Shown: positions 46,920 to 57,611 of the stretch, one piece after another
Numbering within the stretch: position 1 is the stretch's first letter
Layout: each line of letters opens with the position of its first letter
From: Polyangia bacterium
Lineage (GTDB): Bacteria; Myxococcota_A; Polyangia; Fen-1088
Assembly (NCBI GenBank): GCA_045802645.1
Contig: JBJMQQ010000052.1
Coordinates: forward strand, 1-61,278
Reading direction: 5' to 3'
Length of the DNA stretch: 61,278 bases
Translations under genes and position numbers: made by a program
Notes under the pieces: model-generated
Databases searched by the model: none
What the model saw: the letters and a program-made list of their open reading frames with translations, nothing else
What the model was told of the DNA's origin: nothing

Positions 46920-47123
46920 TTAGCCGGCGACGCGAACGTTCGTCGCCTGGAGGCCCTTCGGGCCCTCGGCGATGTCGAACTCGACCTGCTGGCCTTCGGC
47001 CAGCGACCGGAAGCCGTCCGCCACGATCGCGGTGTGATGCACGAAAAGATCGGGGCCCTCTTCACGGACGATGAAGCCGAAACCCTTGGCGTCGTTGAAC
47101 CACTTGACCTTACCAGTTGCCAT
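46920..47123 (-). CDS. Cold-shock protein (CspA family)
   Basis: [28 protein letters not shown]; GGAGG RBS. Confidence 0.97.
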   Translation of the reverse strand: MATGKVKWFNDAKGFGFIVREEGPDLFVHHTAIVADGFRSLAEGQQVEFDIAEGPKGLQATNVRVAG

Positions 47124-47243
47124 TCTTGTTCCTCCTGCGGACCCTTGTTTTCACTCCCACGACCAAACGCCGCAGAAGAAGGCCGCAAGAATAGAGTTCC
47201 GCGCGCCTGAGTCAAGCCTCATGCTCGGGCGGCCCAAATCCCC

Positions 47244-47927
47244 ATGCCAGCACACGTCATCGATCAAACGGTCACCGGCGACGGTGGCGAGCTGACTCTT
47301 CACGTCACGGAGGGCCGTTACGCGATGCGCGTCGACGGCCAAGAGCTGATGAACAGCGGCAGCCACGGCTCGGAGGAAAGGCTCGCCGTGCACGGCTGCG
47401 CGGGCCTGGCGACGAAGCCCGGCGCCCGGGTCCTCATCGGGGGGTTGGGGATGGGATTCACGGCGCGCGCGGCCCTGGATGTCCTGGCGACCGACGCCGC
47501 GGTGGTGGTCGTCGAGGCCGTCCCGGCCGTCGTCCGCTGGAACCGCGAGGTCCTGGGCCATCTGGCTGGTGACCCGCTGGCGGATCGGCGCCTGTCGGTC
47601 GTAGAGGCCGACGTCGTCGATTTCATCGCCCAGGCGGCAACGGCGTATGACGCCATCCTGCTCGACATCGACAACGGCCCCACGGCGCTGACGACGTTCA
47701 CGAACCGGCGGCTCTATTCGGTCGACGGTCTCCAGAGCGCCTGGAAAGCGCTGCGCCCGGGCGGCGTGCTGGCCGTGTGGTCCACCTTCCAGGATGCGGC
47801 GTTCACCGCCCGCCTGCGGACGGCCGGCTTCGACGCGACCGCCAAACGGGTGCTGGCGGGCGACGGCACGCCACGCCGTCACGTCATCTGGCTGGCTCGG
47901 CAGATCCCGGTCGCTGGCCGCGGCTGA
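47244..47927 (+). CDS. Spermidine synthase-like SAM-dependent methyltransferase fold protein
   Basis: LMNS..HGSEERLA, VLIGGLGMGFT, DAILLDIDNGP. Confidence 0.85.
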   Translation: MPAHVIDQTVTGDGGELTLHVTEGRYAMRVDGQELMNSGSHGSEERLAVHGCAGLATKPGARVLIGGLGMGFTARAALDVLATDAAVVVVEAVPAVVRWNREVLGHLAGDPLADRRLSVVEADVVDFIAQAATAYDAILLDIDNGPTALTTFTNRRLYSVDGLQSAWKALRPGGVLAVWSTFQDAAFTARLRTAGFDATAKRVLAGDGTPRRHVIWLARQIPVAGRG

Positions 47928-48648
47928 CCGGTGTCCCCTGCCGGGGCAACAGGCGAAGCTTGCGTTTGAGGACGTCGGACTCGAGGCGATCCAGCTGCTC
48001 GACGAGCGCGCTGCCCAGCACGACGCCGACCACGTCGCGCATGAGCCGATAGACGCTGGGGCCGTCGTCGTTGGCGCACGAGTAGCGATCGAAGTCGGGG
48101 CTGAGACCAAGCTGGCCGTCGATGTACGACAGCGGGTAAAGCTGGCACACGCTGGGTTTGATCTCGGCCGGATCGAACCCGTGCACGAGAGCGGCGTAGT
48201 GAAGCCCGCAGCCGCGCGGGCCGGAGTGCTGCAAGAAGATGCAACCGGACGACTCATCGTCCGGATCGACGGTTCCCGTCCGCAACACGATCCCTTCGGG
48301 CGCGGCCGGATCCAGCTCCGGTGCGCGCTCGTCGAACCAGGTCCCGTGCCGGCGCCAGCCGCGCTTCATCACTGAAGAGACCTCGCCCGCGCGCCGCAGG
48401 ATGGCGGACTTTTCCGGGATCAGCACGTCGGCGCCGTGCTGGCAGCAGGCGTCGTTGCGCTGAAGATCGCCTTCGTCGCGACACTGGCAGCTGTGGGCCA
48501 TGCAGTCGGGAGCGAAGGTGACCCTGAAGATCTCGATGTCGACCTGCGCGATCAGCGGGTGGTCGATGTCGCGGTTGACGGGCGCACGGCCGGTGGGTGG
48601 GGCGGAGACCCGGGCTTGTTCGCTGGCATCCATGGTCGGTGTCAGCAT
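47884..48648 (-). CDS. DUF3109/YkgJ-like Cys-cluster protein
   Basis: ACCQHG, CIFL, GCGLH, KPSVCQLYPL. Confidence 0.75.
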   Translation of the reverse strand: MLTPTMDASEQARVSAPPTGRAPVNRDIDHPLIAQVDIEIFRVTFAPDCMAHSCQCRDEGDLQRNDACCQHGADVLIPEKSAILRRAGEVSSVMKRGWRRHGTWFDERAPELDPAAPEGIVLRTGTVDPDDESSGCIFLQHSGPRGCGLHYAALVHGFDPAEIKPSVCQLYPLSYIDGQLGLSPDFDRYSCANDDGPSVYRLMRDVVGVVLGSALVEQLDRLESDVLKRKLRLLPRQGTPVSRGQRPGSAEPAR

Positions 48649-48696
48649 GTTCGTCGCTCAGCGCGCTGAGGACAAGTTCAAGATCACATTGGCGAG

Positions 48697-49371
48697 CTAT
48701 GCGAGTCCCGCCGCACGGACCAGCAGCAGCACGCCGGCGGTCACGACGACCGCGCCGATCGCGCGAGCGATCCGTTCGCCGGCGGGGGCGAGCCGCTCCA
48801 GTGTGACCGCGGCGGCGACGGCGACCATCGCGCGAAGATCCATCACGCCCGCCACCAGAAGGACGACGGTCAGCGCCAGGCAGCAGCGGGCGCACTGCAC
48901 GCCCAGGCGCACGCCGTGCATCCACGCCGCGGCGCCGCCCGCGACCAGCGTGCCGCGAAATTCCGCGCGGCAGCAGGCGAGCTGACGCGCCTTCCACGGC
49001 GTCAATTGAAGCGCGCCCGCCACCAGCAGCACCAGCCCGACGGCCGCGGGAACCGCCCGCGCGACCGGCGGCAGCGACATTTCCACTGCAGCCAGCGCCG
49101 CGCCCAGCGGAAACACCAGCGCCCCGAACGCCGTCCAGACGAAGAAGTAGCCGGCGGCGACCAGCGCCGTCAGCACGGCGAGCCGCCGGGTTGGCCCCAC
49201 CGCCCGCCGGTAGCGCGCCAGCATCGGGATGAGCGACGGCAACATCATCGGCACCATCATGACGGCCCACATCCACAGGAACGAGGCGGCGGCGCCGGCC
49301 CAGGTCTGACCGGGCATCCGCATCCACGCCATCGACATCTCCCAGCCGCCGGGCATCGCCATGCCGGGCAT
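48697..49371 (-). CDS. DUF2182 predicted metal-binding membrane protein
   Basis: MPGMAMPGGW.MSMAWMRMPGQ, MW.VMMVPMMLPS, QLTPWK...LACC, GVMDL. Confidence 0.85.
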   Translation of the reverse strand: MPGMAMPGGWEMSMAWMRMPGQTWAGAAASFLWMWAVMMVPMMLPSLIPMLARYRRAVGPTRRLAVLTALVAAGYFFVWTAFGALVFPLGAALAAVEMSLPPVARAVPAAVGLVLLVAGALQLTPWKARQLACCRAEFRGTLVAGGAAAWMHGVRLGVQCARCCLALTVVLLVAGVMDLRAMVAVAAAVTLERLAPAGERIARAIGAVVVTAGVLLLVRAAGLA

Positions 49372-49372
49372 G

Positions 49373-50134
49373 TCAGCGGTTCCCGTATTCGTCGTGCCGC
49401 CGCCACCAGACGCCCGTCTCGTTCCGGCCAAGCGGCGCGCGGTCGAGCCACTGGTACATGCCCCACAGCCCGTCGAGGCCGCGCGCGTACGCGGAGTACG
49501 TGTGGTACACGGCGCCGTCCTCCAGCACGAACGCGCTCACGCCGGGCCGCTCGCGCACGTAGGTTGCCGGGTCCGTCCCGGTCATGGCGGCCATCTCCGC
49601 GACAGGGCCTTCACTGCCGCGCAGCAGCCAGGCAGACTCACGCCGGTAGTTGTATTCGGCGCCACCCTTGCGCTGCTGCTCTTCGGTGACGCGCACGTTG
49701 AAGTCGTCGTTGAAGTCGGTGCCGAACGACGACGCCCACGGAAAGCTCCAACCCATGCGTTTCTTGTAGCCCTGCAGCTTCGGCAGCGGGGCGCGCGACA
49801 CCGCGCTCAGCGTCACGTCGTGGTTGGCCAGGTGGACGCCCAGCGGGTTGAACCCGTCCGCGATCGCCGAGCAGGACGGGCACCCGGCCGTGTAGTCGGG
49901 GCCGAACATGAAGTGATAGACGAGCAGCTGCGACCGCCCGCGGAACAGGTCGGACAGCGAAGCCGGGCCATCGTCCGTGTCGAACTGGTACGTCTTGTCG
50001 ACGCGCACCCAGGGCAGCTTCTGCCGCCGCTCGGCCAGCTCGTCGCCACGGCGGGTATGCTCCTTTTCAGCCTTCAGCAGCTCCATCCGGGCCGCCAGCC
50101 ACTGTTCGCGCGTGCCAGTCTCGTGCTTGGTCAT
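49373..50134 (-). CDS. DUF899 thioredoxin-like protein
   Basis: EKEHTR, LPWV, QLLVYHFMFGP, GCPSCS, YHTYS.YARG, LDRAPLGRNE. Confidence 0.92.
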   Translation of the reverse strand: MTKHETGTREQWLAARMELLKAEKEHTRRGDELAERRQKLPWVRVDKTYQFDTDDGPASLSDLFRGRSQLLVYHFMFGPDYTAGCPSCSAIADGFNPLGVHLANHDVTLSAVSRAPLPKLQGYKKRMGWSFPWASSFGTDFNDDFNVRVTEEQQRKGGAEYNYRRESAWLLRGSEGPVAEMAAMTGTDPATYVRERPGVSAFVLEDGAVYHTYSAYARGLDGLWGMYQWLDRAPLGRNETGVWWRRHDEYGNR

Positions 50135-50231
50135 CGTTGCCTCCTGCGCACAACGATGGACTCGACGTGGTCGGGGGTGGGAGTAACAAAGGCGACGCGT
50201 TTCGCGCGCGCGCCGGTGACGTGGGACGCGC

Positions 50232-51866
50232 TCAGCGCGTCGATTGCCGGCGCCGGCGCCGCGTTGGAACAACAAGGCCGGCCAGGATGCTGAGCAGCGG
50301 CCAAAGTACCGGACCCGAACCGGCGTGACCCAAACGGCAGCTGCAACCACCATCGGAGCTCTCGCCCGGGGTGGTGCTGCCCGCGGCACCCGTCGCGCCG
50401 CCGGTCCCGACGGGAATCCCGCCCGTCCCCGCGCCGCCGGTCCCCAGCACGCCGCCCGACCCGACCGCGCCCCCTGAGCCCGTCACACCGCCTGAGCCTG
50501 GGCTTGCGCCGCCGGTCCCCGGCGCTCCGCCGGACGCAGTCACGCCACCAGAGCCCGTCCTACCGCCGACGGCCGCGCCGCCGGCACCGATCGCCCCCGC
50601 CGAACCACTCGCTCCGGCTGAACCGGACGCCGTCGACCCGCCGGCCCCCGTCGTGCTCGCCCCGGTGGCGTGCAGGGTCGTCACGCTCTGGGCGTCGAGG
50701 GACAGCATCACCGTGCCGTTCGTGGCGGTCACTTTCCCTTCGCTGGCGAAGTTCTTACTGCTCGACGTCGTGAATCGGTCGTACGCCGAGGCAGTCGAGC
50801 CGTTGACCGACACGGTCAGCGAGCTTGCCGACGTGTTCGTGTTCACGACGACCAGCACGATGTCCGTGTTGCTCTTGTACGCAGACAGATACACGCCGGA
50901 CGCCGGCGTGGCCGTGGCGTCCACCCGATAAAACCCGGGACGAATGAACTTCGAGAACTGCGCCATGCACCACCCGCGCTTCGTGACAGCGCCGTTCGTG
51001 CCGATCGGGCCGTAGCTGCGCACGATGTACCACCAGGTGTAGAGGCTGAACTGACCGTCCACCATCGCGTGGTGCATCTCGGTCGCGACGCCCAGGGCGT
51101 TGGGCCACGAGTTCGCATCCGTCGTGCTGTCCGTGTAGTGCTCGGTCATCCAGCGCTCTTTGCCGCCGCTCTTCTGGTCGGCCAGCGGGTACGCGTAGCC
51201 GCTCACCGGGGTGCCGTAAAGGTGCGTGCCCAGCGCCACGACGTTGGCCAGCGCGGCGGAGTCGTTCAGAATCGGGTCGTAGTAACTCTTCGCGTAGTTG
51301 AACGACTCGCAGCTGATCAGCTTGGTCGTGATCATCGCGCCGTAGTTCAGAACGAAGTCGTGGCAAAGCGCCGCGGTCCACGCCATCCACCCCGCCTGCG
51401 CGCCGTAGTCGGGCTCGTTTTGCACGCCGATGGCATAGAGATTCACACCCTGGTTCTTCATGTACGACACGAAGTTGTTGAGGTGTGTCGCGTACGACGA
51501 GAACTGTCCGGACGTCATCGTCCCTGCCGCGTTCCACGGCGTGGCGAACACGATCGCTCCTGCTGCGGCGGCTGCCTTGGCCGTCGCCACGTTGGCGGAG
51601 TCGGGCGAACCGTCCGTCACAGGAATACGCAGCGCTGAAAACCCGAGCTGCCCGTCGGCGTTACCGAAGGCCAGCGTCCGCTCGGCCGCGGTGAGGTCCC
51701 CCGCCCAGGCCGCGTGGCTCATGCCGCCAATGCCCCGGATGTACTGCTTTTGACTGCTGAGCGTCACCGTCGCGGTCTGCGCGAGCGCTTGCCCACCGCC
51801 CGCCACCGCGAGCAGGAGGGCCGCCGGGCCAACGGCCCGCGCACCGAATCGTGACGTGATCCTCAT
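50232..51866 (-). CDS. GH30 glucuronoxylanase-like enzyme with MYXO-CTERM anchor
   Basis: IRGIGG, QLGFSALRI, VQNEPDY, WMTEHY, WWYI.RSYGP, FSKFIRPG; C-terminus GGCSC..TM..RRRRR. Confidence 0.9.
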   Translation of the reverse strand: MRITSRFGARAVGPAALLLAVAGGGQALAQTATVTLSSQKQYIRGIGGMSHAAWAGDLTAAERTLAFGNADGQLGFSALRIPVTDGSPDSANVATAKAAAAAGAIVFATPWNAAGTMTSGQFSSYATHLNNFVSYMKNQGVNLYAIGVQNEPDYGAQAGWMAWTAALCHDFVLNYGAMITTKLISCESFNYAKSYYDPILNDSAALANVVALGTHLYGTPVSGYAYPLADQKSGGKERWMTEHYTDSTTDANSWPNALGVATEMHHAMVDGQFSLYTWWYIVRSYGPIGTNGAVTKRGWCMAQFSKFIRPGFYRVDATATPASGVYLSAYKSNTDIVLVVVNTNTSASSLTVSVNGSTASAYDRFTTSSSKNFASEGKVTATNGTVMLSLDAQSVTTLHATGASTTGAGGSTASGSAGASGSAGAIGAGGAAVGGRTGSGGVTASGGAPGTGGASPGSGGVTGSGGAVGSGGVLGTGGAGTGGIPVGTGGATGAAGSTTPGESSDGGCSCRLGHAGSGPVLWPLLSILAGLVVPTRRRRRQSTR

Positions 51867-51911
51867 CGTAAACGATTTGTGTCGGGGAGGGCCGCCTTGT
51901 CTCAAACAAAT

Positions 51912-51933
51912 GGCGCCTCCGACGGAAGGCGCC
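51912..51933 (-). terminator. Hairpin terminator after the AraC gene
   Basis: Minus strand GGCGCCTTCCGTCGGAGGCGCC then ATTTGTTT. Confidence 0.6.
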
Positions 51934-51936
51934 TGA

Positions 51937-52821
51937 TTACGATGCGGCGACGATCCGGCGGAAGGCACTGGGCGATAGGCCGGTGCGCTTGCGAAAGAAG
52001 GCGGAGAACTGGCTGGGATTCGCGTAGCCGATCTCGTACGCGATCTGGATGATGGGGATGCGCCCCTCGGCGAGCAGGCGCTTGGCGCGTTCCAGGCGAA
52101 TGTCGGAGAGATATTGATGCGGGGCGAGGCCCGTCGACCGTTTGAACATCCGCGAGAAGTGGTCGACGCTCATCCCGACCGCGGTCGACAGCTCCGTGAT
52201 GCCGGGGTTGCGGTTCATCCGGTCGTGAAGGAACTCCTTGGCGCGGCGCAGGACGGCCGGGGGCAGCCCCGGTCGGGGCCGCGGGGTCACGCGCCCGACC
52301 CCGTGCAACACCAACCGTTGGGCGACCACGACGGCGGCGGACTCGATATAGAGTCGGGCGGCGGACCCGTGCGCCTCGGCCTCGGCCGCCATCGACAGCG
52401 ACAGCTCGCGACAGAGCGGGTCGTCGAACGTGAAGATGCTCGGCATTTCAACCTCGCGGCCCGACAGGCCGGCCGCCTGGCGCACCAGCTCGGGTCCCAG
52501 GTTGATGGCCATGTAGTGGGCCGGGGCCTCCGTCCACATCGTGGTCCGGCATCCGGCGGGGAGCAGCGTCAGATCCCCGCGCGTGAACGTCCAGGCGCGC
52601 GACGCGTCCTCGCGACGCTGCCGGACGGGTACCGGCCGCCCCAGGTGCAGGGCCAGGCCGTGTGAATCCAGCGCGAAGGACGTGCCGTCGGCAGGTGGCA
52701 TCGGCTCGACGATGGACACGGTGACGCCCGTCTGATCCCCCACCCGAGGCGGGTAGACGAACAATCGCATCTGCCCGAACGCCGCGATGGTCTCCACGCG
52801 TTCAGGTACGATCTCCGACAA
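51937..52821 (-). CDS. AraC family regulator
   Basis: HFSRMFKRSTGLAPHQY, IAYEIGYANPSQFS.FFRK.TGLSP. Confidence 0.92.
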   Translation of the reverse strand: MSEIVPERVETIAAFGQMRLFVYPPRVGDQTGVTVSIVEPMPPADGTSFALDSHGLALHLGRPVPVRQRREDASRAWTFTRGDLTLLPAGCRTTMWTEAPAHYMAINLGPELVRQAAGLSGREVEMPSIFTFDDPLCRELSLSMAAEAEAHGSAARLYIESAAVVVAQRLVLHGVGRVTPRPRPGLPPAVLRRAKEFLHDRMNRNPGITELSTAVGMSVDHFSRMFKRSTGLAPHQYLSDIRLERAKRLLAEGRIPIIQIAYEIGYANPSQFSAFFRKRTGLSPSAFRRIVAAS

Positions 52822-53040
52822 GCGGTCCCCCTTCCGTGCGTCCGAGATTCGTCCGGTTCACGGGCGGCGCTGCCCCGGGCCAGACAGACCAGAGCGTCGT
52901 CGAGGACGGTGCCTCCGTCAACCACCCCAGATTCGCTGCGGTGCGCCACCTCGGCAGGGGCGTCGTCGACGGAATTTCTCAACTCAGGTCGTGAATTCGG
53001 TAGAGACTCACCGACGACCGCTGCTATCGAAGTGGTCCCC

Positions 53041-53235
53041 ATGCCGGACAAGATCAACTTCGTCAAGGTGTTCTCGGCAACGAAGGCTCGAGATCGCGAC
53101 ACGCTGGGCGAACGTGTGACCGCCTGGATCCACGCGAACCCCGGCATCGCGATCCTGAGGACCGTCGTGTCGCAAACTTCTGATAGCGAATTTCACTGTC
53201 TGTCGTTCGTGCTTCTCTGCGCGGCGGCAGGCTGA
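53041..53235 (+). CDS. Small hypothetical protein (myxobacterial type)
   Basis: VKVFSATKARDRDTLGERVTAW...SDSEFHCLS; coding-like codon use. Confidence 0.7.
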   Translation: MPDKINFVKVFSATKARDRDTLGERVTAWIHANPGIAILRTVVSQTSDSEFHCLSFVLLCAAAG

Positions 53236-53252
53236 TCGCGCGGTCGATCAGC
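53231..53252. terminator. Hairpin overlapping two convergent stop codons
   Basis: GCTGATCG-CGCGGT-CGATCAGC. Confidence 0.5.
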
Positions 53253-53700
53253 GTACGGGGATGTCGAAGTGGTGGACGTCCTCGCGGATCCCCAGCGAGG
53301 TGTAGAGGCGAATCGCCGGATCATCGCCGGGGTCGGCCTGGACGAAGATGACCCAAGCCCCGCGCTGCTTGGCAATCCCCTGCAGCGTGCTGATCAGCCC
53401 GCGCGCGATGCCCCGGCGCCGGTGCGGTTCGGCAACGGCGAGGTCGTAGATGTAGATCTCGCTGCGCGCCTGTTCGAACTTCTCGAGCTCGTACGCCGCC
53501 AGCCCGCCCACGACCACGTCGCCGTCCAGCGCCGCGAGCGCGATGAAGTGGGATTTGCCTAGGAGTCGGCGCAGATAGTCGTGACTCGGGACGGCGCCTT
53601 GATACGCGTCCGGATCGTTGAACGCGACGCCGAAGACGGTGAGCAGCTGCCGCATGACGGGCAGATCTTCCGGAGAGAGATGCCGGTACGCGTAGGGCAT
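53248..53700 (-). CDS. AAC(3)-I-like aminoglycoside N-acetyltransferase (GNAT)
   Basis: VVGGLAAYEL.KFEQARSEIYIYDLAV...HRRRGIA, IFVQAD.GDDPAI.LY..LG.REDV.HFDI. Confidence 0.88.
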   Translation of the reverse strand: MPYAYRHLSPEDLPVMRQLLTVFGVAFNDPDAYQGAVPSHDYLRRLLGKSHFIALAALDGDVVVGGLAAYELEKFEQARSEIYIYDLAVAEPHRRRGIARGLISTLQGIAKQRGAWVIFVQADPGDDPAIRLYTSLGIREDVHHFDIPVR

Positions 53701-53771
53701 GGCGGAACGTTAGGACATACCGGGATGAGCGTAAATGGAGCCCCTTACGCGAGTTGTGTAGTCTGTTGGGC

Positions 53772-54638
<867 letters not shown>

Positions 54639-54645
54639 GCGGGCC

Positions 54646-55626
54646 TTAGCCGCGTCGCGCCCGCTTCCGCGAAACCGGGCGGCGCGTCGACGCGGCGGCC
54701 GCTTCCTTCCAGTCCTCGGGCGTCAGCCGCTGGTCCAGCAGGGCCAGCGGCTGGCGCAGCGACTGTCGCGCATCGACCATGGCCGACCAGAGGTCGCCTG
54801 CGGCGGCAAGACGCGCCGCCATCGTCTTCAAGGTGAACGTGCGCGGGGAGACCAACCCGCCCGCGATCTCGTCCCAGGTGCAGGGGGCAGACACCGGCGC
54901 GCCCGGCTTGGCCCGCACGGCGTAGACCGCCGCGAACGTCGCGCCCGGCGCGTTCCGCCCCGTGTCGACGAAGATGCGTCCCCCCCGGTCGGACTTGATG
55001 AACTCCTGCGTGAACAGGTCCGGGCGGCGTTTGACGAGCACGGCGCCCGCCCCGCGCGAGAACCGAAACACGTCGTTGAAGTCGGTCTCCGGTTCCACCG
55101 CGACGACGATGTGAAATCCCTTCGCGCCCGACGTCTTCACGAACGCCGGCAGCGCCAGCTCGCCCAAGAGGTCGCGGACGCACAGGGCAGCCTCCGCCAG
55201 ATGGTCGGACCCCTCTTCGGGTGGATCGAGATCGAACACGCAGAGGTCGGCATGATCGAGCTGCGGCGCGCGCGCCGTCCAGACGTGCGGCGTGACCGAG
55301 TTCTGGTTCGCGAGCCAGACCAGCGCGCGCGCATCGTTCGCCAGCGGGTAGTGGACGACGCCGCCCGTCTTTTCGTCCCGGCGCGCGACCTCGACCCGCT
55401 CGAGCCAGGCGGGGAAACCCTTCACGACGTCCTTCTGGATGAAGCCCTTCTTCTCGATGCCGGCCGGGTAACGCTCCATCGTGACCGGCCGCTGGCGGAC
55501 GTGCGGCAGCATCACAGGCGCGACGTCGGCGTAGTACCCGCAGACGTCCCCCTTGGTGATTCCGCTGTCGGGGAACAGCACCTTTTCGGGATGAGTGACC
55601 GCGACGGACTCTGGCGGCTCGTGCAT
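54646..55626 (-). CDS. Stand-alone LigD primase-polymerase domain
   Basis: THPEKVLFP, ITKGD, RYP.GI, FDLDP, KTSGAKGFH, YAVRA.PGAPVSAP. Confidence 0.9.
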   Translation of the reverse strand: MHEPPESVAVTHPEKVLFPDSGITKGDVCGYYADVAPVMLPHVRQRPVTMERYPAGIEKKGFIQKDVVKGFPAWLERVEVARRDEKTGGVVHYPLANDARALVWLANQNSVTPHVWTARAPQLDHADLCVFDLDPPEEGSDHLAEAALCVRDLLGELALPAFVKTSGAKGFHIVVAVEPETDFNDVFRFSRGAGAVLVKRRPDLFTQEFIKSDRGGRIFVDTGRNAPGATFAAVYAVRAKPGAPVSAPCTWDEIAGGLVSPRTFTLKTMAARLAAAGDLWSAMVDARQSLRQPLALLDQRLTPEDWKEAAAASTRRPVSRKRARRG

Positions 55627-55715
55627 CCCCGGATCCTAGCGGACCGCGCCGCCATCCGGTGGGCCGCGCAAACGCGGGGTTGTCAGGGCGGTGATTCGCC
55701 ACTACTTGGACGGGG

Positions 55716-56759
55716 ATGCGGGTGAACGGGCGCTGGTCGACGCGATTCGCCGCCCTGGCGCTCGCAGTCGTGGCGTCGAGCAGCGCGCCAGCCCAGAGCC
55801 CCGCGCCGGGAGCGCTGCCGTGCGCGGCCCCCGTCGCGTGCGCGGGAACGATGTCGGGTGGCTGGTGCATCGACACGTTCCTGGCCGGCGACCGGACGTT
55901 CCCGCAGTTCAGCGGCGTCTGGTCCGACGCGCCGAACGACGTATGGGCCGTGGGGGCCCATACCGGCGCGCGCGGCGCCGGACGCGGCTTCGCGTTTCAC
56001 TGGGACGGCTGCGCCTGGTCGCCGGCGTCCCTGCCCGGCGGCCCTCAGTCGACGGTCGGGCTGGGGGACGTGTGGGGTACCCGCGGGGACGACCTGTGGA
56101 TCGTCGGCGCCCAGGGGTCTGCGTTCCACTGGAACGGCAAGGCGTGGTCCGCGGTCAACACCGGCGCCGCCGGCGCGCTGGAGCATGTCTCGGGCAGCAG
56201 CGGCGCCGACGTGTGGGCGTTCGGAACCGGCGGCCTCTTCCACTGGAACGGCCGCGCCTGGTCGGCCGACGCGCGCCTGCCGCCGAAGCAATCGAGCGAG
56301 CCCGTGGGCGACATCTGGGCGGTCGCGCCCGACGACGTTTGGGTCGCGCAAGGCTTGAACGCGCGCGGCAGCCTCGCGCACTACGACGGCGCGCGCTGGA
56401 CGGTGGTGCGGCCGTCGCCCGACCTCGCGTTCGGGCTGTTCGGGATCTGGTCGAACGGCGCGACCACCTGGGCGGTCGGCGAAGGGAACCAGGTCGTGCG
56501 CTCGACGAACGGCAGGACCTGGGCCCAGCTTGCGCCGCCCGGGGGCAGCTCGCGCGGGTGGGTGAACGTGATGGGGAGTGCAAGCGAGCTGTGGGCCGCA
56601 GGCCAGACGGTGGGTCGCTCGACGAGCGGCGGCGCGCTCCGCAGCGTCGCCGGTGTTCCGCCGGGCTTTTACCCAGGCTTATGGCTCAACGAATCGCAGG
56701 TCTGGATCGCGGGCATCACGAACGCCGGCGCGGCCGTCGTGGCCCACCGCGCACGTTAG
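55716..56759 (+). CDS. Secreted Trp-rich beta-propeller-like repeat protein
   Basis: Repeats of VW....NDVWAVG...FHWDG..W. Confidence 0.8.
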   Translation: MRVNGRWSTRFAALALAVVASSSAPAQSPAPGALPCAAPVACAGTMSGGWCIDTFLAGDRTFPQFSGVWSDAPNDVWAVGAHTGARGAGRGFAFHWDGCAWSPASLPGGPQSTVGLGDVWGTRGDDLWIVGAQGSAFHWNGKAWSAVNTGAAGALEHVSGSSGADVWAFGTGGLFHWNGRAWSADARLPPKQSSEPVGDIWAVAPDDVWVAQGLNARGSLAHYDGARWTVVRPSPDLAFGLFGIWSNGATTWAVGEGNQVVRSTNGRTWAQLAPPGGSSRGWVNVMGSASELWAAGQTVGRSTSGGALRSVAGVPPGFYPGLWLNESQVWIAGITNAGAAVVAHRAR

Positions 56760-56763
56760 CGCC

Positions 56764-57045
56764 TCAACGCTCGAGCCGAAACCGGCAGAACGTAACGCCG
56801 AAGATCGTCCCCCGCCCCTGGACCGGCTGATCCGATGCGGACGGCTCGAGCACGTCGACGATGGGCCAGAAGAGATAGACGAAGCGCGGGCCGTCGATCC
56901 GAAACGCGCCAAAGTGGAGGCCGAACAGCAGCGTCCGCCCGCGGTCGCCCTGGATCTGCTTCGTCACGCCCGGCGGCAGCAGGCCCGAGACGCGGCGGAC
57001 CTTCGAGGAGCCCTGCAGCACATCGGGCAATGCCGCTTCGTTCAT
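56764..57045 (-). CDS. Hypothetical protein
   Basis: 93-aa ORF with coding-like composition (RVSGLLPP...GRGTIFGVTFCRFRL). Confidence 0.55.
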   Translation of the reverse strand: MNEAALPDVLQGSSKVRRVSGLLPPGVTKQIQGDRGRTLLFGLHFGAFRIDGPRFVYLFWPIVDVLEPSASDQPVQGRGTIFGVTFCRFRLER

Positions 57046-57285
57046 GGCCAGGAACGTAAGGCCGCGTCACCTCGACGGGAACGTCCGTTACCGCTTCCGA
57101 CCCCGGCCCGCGGCTTCCGGCACATTTCCCGCGGGGTTGGGGCTGGCACGCCCCTCGCAATATCTTCGGGCAGACGCGGGGGCAGCGAGCTCGCAGCGGG
57201 GTTGGGGCAGGCGGAAGGCGAGAGCTCGGCGGCGGGAGGGGGAACGGACCCGTCACTCTGAAAAGGGTGGCGGGTCCGTCGCGTT

Positions 57286-57498
57286 TTATCGCCGCACCTT
57301 CTGCATGGTGTCGGCCAGGCACGTCGGGCAGTAGCCGCCCTCTTCCGCGCGGTGGCCGCAGACGCGGCAGACGAACTCTTGCGGCGGATCGGAGGCCTGC
57401 GCCCGCTGGGGCTGCTCCCGATCCTTGCGGCGCTCCTCTTCGCGGCGCTGTGCCTCGACGGGGTCGACCAGCTTCACCAGCGACTCGATGATCGACAT
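57286..57498 (-). CDS. Small zinc-ribbon protein
   Basis: FVCRVCGH...YCPTCLADTM. Confidence 0.75.
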   Translation of the reverse strand: MSIIESLVKLVDPVEAQRREEERRKDREQPQRAQASDPPQEFVCRVCGHRAEEGGYCPTCLADTMQKVRR

Positions 57499-57611
57499 GT
57501 CTTCAGGCTAGCACGCGAGCCGCTCATAGCCCGCGGCTATCAGGGTCATCCAAACCTTGTCTTGGCCGGGATCGGCTCCTCTGCCGCATCGTGGGCAGCA
57601 GGAGACAAAAG

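Noticed and set aside
53700-53720. CCTAAC/GTT near the aac start as an attC remnant
   Set aside because: No paired L/R boxes or long imperfect palindrome
54646-55626. A complete NHEJ system (LigD polymerase with xth)
   Set aside because: No Ku or ligase domain in the window, and xth is over 50 kb away
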